The notes beneath the pieces are model-generated. The model searched no databases. It saw only the letters and a list, made by a program, of their open reading frames with translations, and was not told the origin of the DNA. The position numbers and the translations under genes were made by a program. Below are positions 61,960-64,000 of a stretch of DNA of 64,000 bases, in pieces. The stretch lies in assembly GCA_016719925.1 (NCBI GenBank), contig JADJYC010000004.1, forward strand, positions 56,697 to 120,696, in the 5' to 3' direction. Positions within the stretch are counted from its first letter, which is position 1; each line of letters opens with the position of its first letter. Source of the DNA: Crocinitomicaceae bacterium (GTDB lineage Bacteria > Bacteroidota > Bacteroidia > Flavobacteriales_D > Crocinitomicaceae).

Positions 61960-62288
61960 GGACAGAGGGCAGAGGGCAAAAGGCAAAGGGCAGAGGGCAG
62001 AGGCAAAGGGCAGAGGAAAAAGCCAAAAGGTTTTAAAAAAAATGATCGAACTGAAATACTAAAATAAATAGATTGAAAATACAACAACCTTTAATATTAT
62101 AATTAACCAAAACATTAGTTAAATACTGATATGGCCAAAACAAAAACCCTTTATCCTTGGTCCTCTGTCCCTAGCCCTCAAAAAATTGAAAGAATATTTA
62201 AGAAACAGAACTAGTAAAAAAATTGACGAGTGCCGGGGAATCAAACCAAATCCCTTTGTCCTTAGCCCTCTGTCCTTAGCCCTATAAA
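61957..62288. repeat. Heptamer arrays (forward 61957-62022; reverse 62148-62182 and 62240-62288)
   Basis: GAGGACAGAGGGCAGAGGGCAAAAGGCAAAGGGCAGAGGGCAGAGGCAAAGGGCAGAGG ... CCCTTTATCCTTGGTCCTCTGTCCCTAGCCCTC ... CCCTTTGTCCTTAGCCCTCTGTCCTTAGCCCTAT immediately precedes the ATG at 62290. Confidence 0.7.
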
Positions 62289-62289
62289 A

Positions 62290-64000
62290 ATGAACATACA
62301 TCCTGACTACCCCGGAAAATACCAATACAAATGGAACCAATTACCCAACATGAAGTTGAGCGGACTGGAACCTTTGGAACTAACACCTGAATCCAATTTT
62401 GTAAATGTTGGTGAGCGGACCAATGTTGCTGGCTCAGCAAAATTTTTGAAACACATCAAAGAAGGAGAGTTTGAAGCTGCATTGCAAATTGCACGTGATC
62501 AGGTTGAAGGCGGTGCGCAAATCATTGACGTGAACATGGATGATGGTTTGATAGAAGGAAAAGAAGCGATGGTGAAATTTTTAAACCTCATTGCATCAGA
62601 ACCGGACATTGCGCGTGTACCCATCATGATAGATTCATCCAAATGGGAAATTATTGAAGAAGGATTGAAATGTGTTCAGGGAAAATGCGTGGTAAATTCA
62701 ATCTCATTAAAAGAAGGAGAAGAAAATTCATTCATCAGGCAAAAAAATAAAACAATACGGCGCTGCGGTAATAGTGATGGCGTTTGATGAAAACGGTCAG
62801 GCTGATACCTATGAAAAAAGAATTCAGATGTGTGAACGTTCATACCGGATTCTGGTTGACAAAGTAAAATTTCCGCCACAGGATATCATTTTTGATCCAA
62901 ACGTTTTTCCGGTTGCAACAGGTATGGAAGAACATAAATTGAACGCACTTGATTTTTTCAGAGCAACAAGATGGATCAGGGAAAATTTACCCGGTGCACA
63001 TGTGAGCGGAGGAATTTCAAACGTCTCCTTTTCATTCAGGGGAAATAATCCCGTGCGTGAAGCTATGCACTCTGCGTTTTTATATCACGCTATTGAAAAC
63101 GGAATGGATATGGGAATTGTAAACCCAACCATGCTGGAGGTATATGATGAGATTCCAAAAGAATTGCTGGAGCGTGTTGAAGACGTTTTATTAAACACAA
63201 GAGAAGATGCAACCGACAGGTTACTGACATTTGCAGAATCATTTGTTGGCGGCGCAAAAGAAAAGAAAGCAGAGCTTGAATGGAGAAAAGAAAATTTACA
63301 GGACCGTATCACCTATTCTTTAGTTAAGGGAATTACTGAGTTCATTGATCAGGATGTGGAAGAAGCACGATTGTCTGTCAAACAACCTATCGAAGTAATT
63401 GAAGGACATCTGATGAACGGAATGAATGTAGTGGGAGATTTATTCGGATCGGGGGAAAAATGTTTTTACCACAGGTTGTAAAATCTGCCCGCGTTATGAA
63501 AAAGGCAGTTGCTTATTTATTACCATACATTGAAGCATCCAAAACTGAAACAAAAGCCAAAGGAAAAGTGTTGATGGCCACCGTAAAAGGGGATGTGCAC
63601 GACATCGGAAAAAATATTGTAGGCGTTGTTTTAGGCTGCAATAATTATGAGATTATTGATTTGGGCGTGATGGTTCCGGCTGAAAAAATTCTGGAAGTTG
63701 CCAAAAAAGAAAAAGTTGATGTGATTGGTTTGAGTGGTTTAATTACACCTTCATTGGATGAAATGGTACACGTTGCAAAAGAAATGGAACGTGAGGGATT
63801 TACCATTCCTCTTTTGATTGGAGGAGCCACAACTTCTAAAGTTCACACCGCTGTAAAAATAGAGCAGAATTACAAAAAGGGACAAACCGTTTACGTACTG
63901 GATGCCTCACGGTCAGTAACTGTTGTTTCAAGTTTGTTATCTGATGACAAAGAAAAATTCATCAGAGAAGTTCAGGAAGATTTTTCACGCGTGAGAGAAA
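62290..64000 (+). CDS. metH: Cobalamin-dependent methionine synthase, pterin-binding plus B12-binding modules (3' end outside the window), with two frameshifts (A7 62741-62747, A5 63456-63460)
   Basis: ...[30 protein letters not shown]...IIDVNMD... is the pterin domain. ...[15 protein letters not shown]... follows in the next frame. ...[12 protein letters not shown], then [26 protein letters not shown]...[11 protein letters not shown] (B12 DxHxxG) in a third frame. Confidence 0.8.

Noticed and set aside
61880-62340. ORFs 61880..62062(+), 61905..62087(-) and 62119..62340(-) encoding GQRAKGKGQRAEAKG-like peptides
   Set aside because: They are translated from heptamer repeat arrays (AAGGGCA/GAGGGCA), so the periodic peptide is a by-product of the 7-bp repeat. 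61880 also overlaps the J-domain gene's end.

Overview
The window is a low-GC Bacteroidetes-type chromosomal segment. Several products end in a type-IX secretion (T9SS) C-terminal sorting domain, there is a TonB-dependent receptor followed by two DUF4249 lipoprotein genes, and a LytS/LytTR two-component pair. Housekeeping genes include tonB (C-terminus), moaA, trmH, rbfA, an MsbA-like ABC exporter, yifB/comM, gmhA, a cysG-type siroheme synthesis pair with a sulfite/nitrite reductase, mrp/apbC, a PaaZ-like gene next to a crotonase gene, and a split B12-dependent methionine synthase preceded by a SAM-I riboswitch. Accessory content is dense: two type II toxin-antitoxin pairs (RelE/ParE-like and YefM-YoeB), four copies of a ~105-bp palindromic MITE-like element built on CACGGAGA/TCTCCGTG, a ~470-bp higher-order repeat block carrying the same 9-mer, and a family of heptamer arrays (TAAGGGC/TAAGGAC/CAAAGGG) arranged as inverted pairs around small cassettes. 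The most interesting cassettes are an ORF6N/KilA-N gene inserted into the 3' end of yifB/comM with a 156-bp duplication whose differences are all synonymous, and a TerB+J-domain (DjlA-like) gene with repeat arrays sitting exactly between the two metH modules. Coordinates 47.7-54.8 kb carry a cluster of secreted/T9SS proteins of unknown function containing a duplicated cargo-plus-lipoprotein module. At least 14 genes are broken by single-base indels, almost all inside A/T or C/G homopolymer runs, which looks more like systematic sequencing error than real pseudogenes. I found no rRNA, tRNA or CRISPR array.
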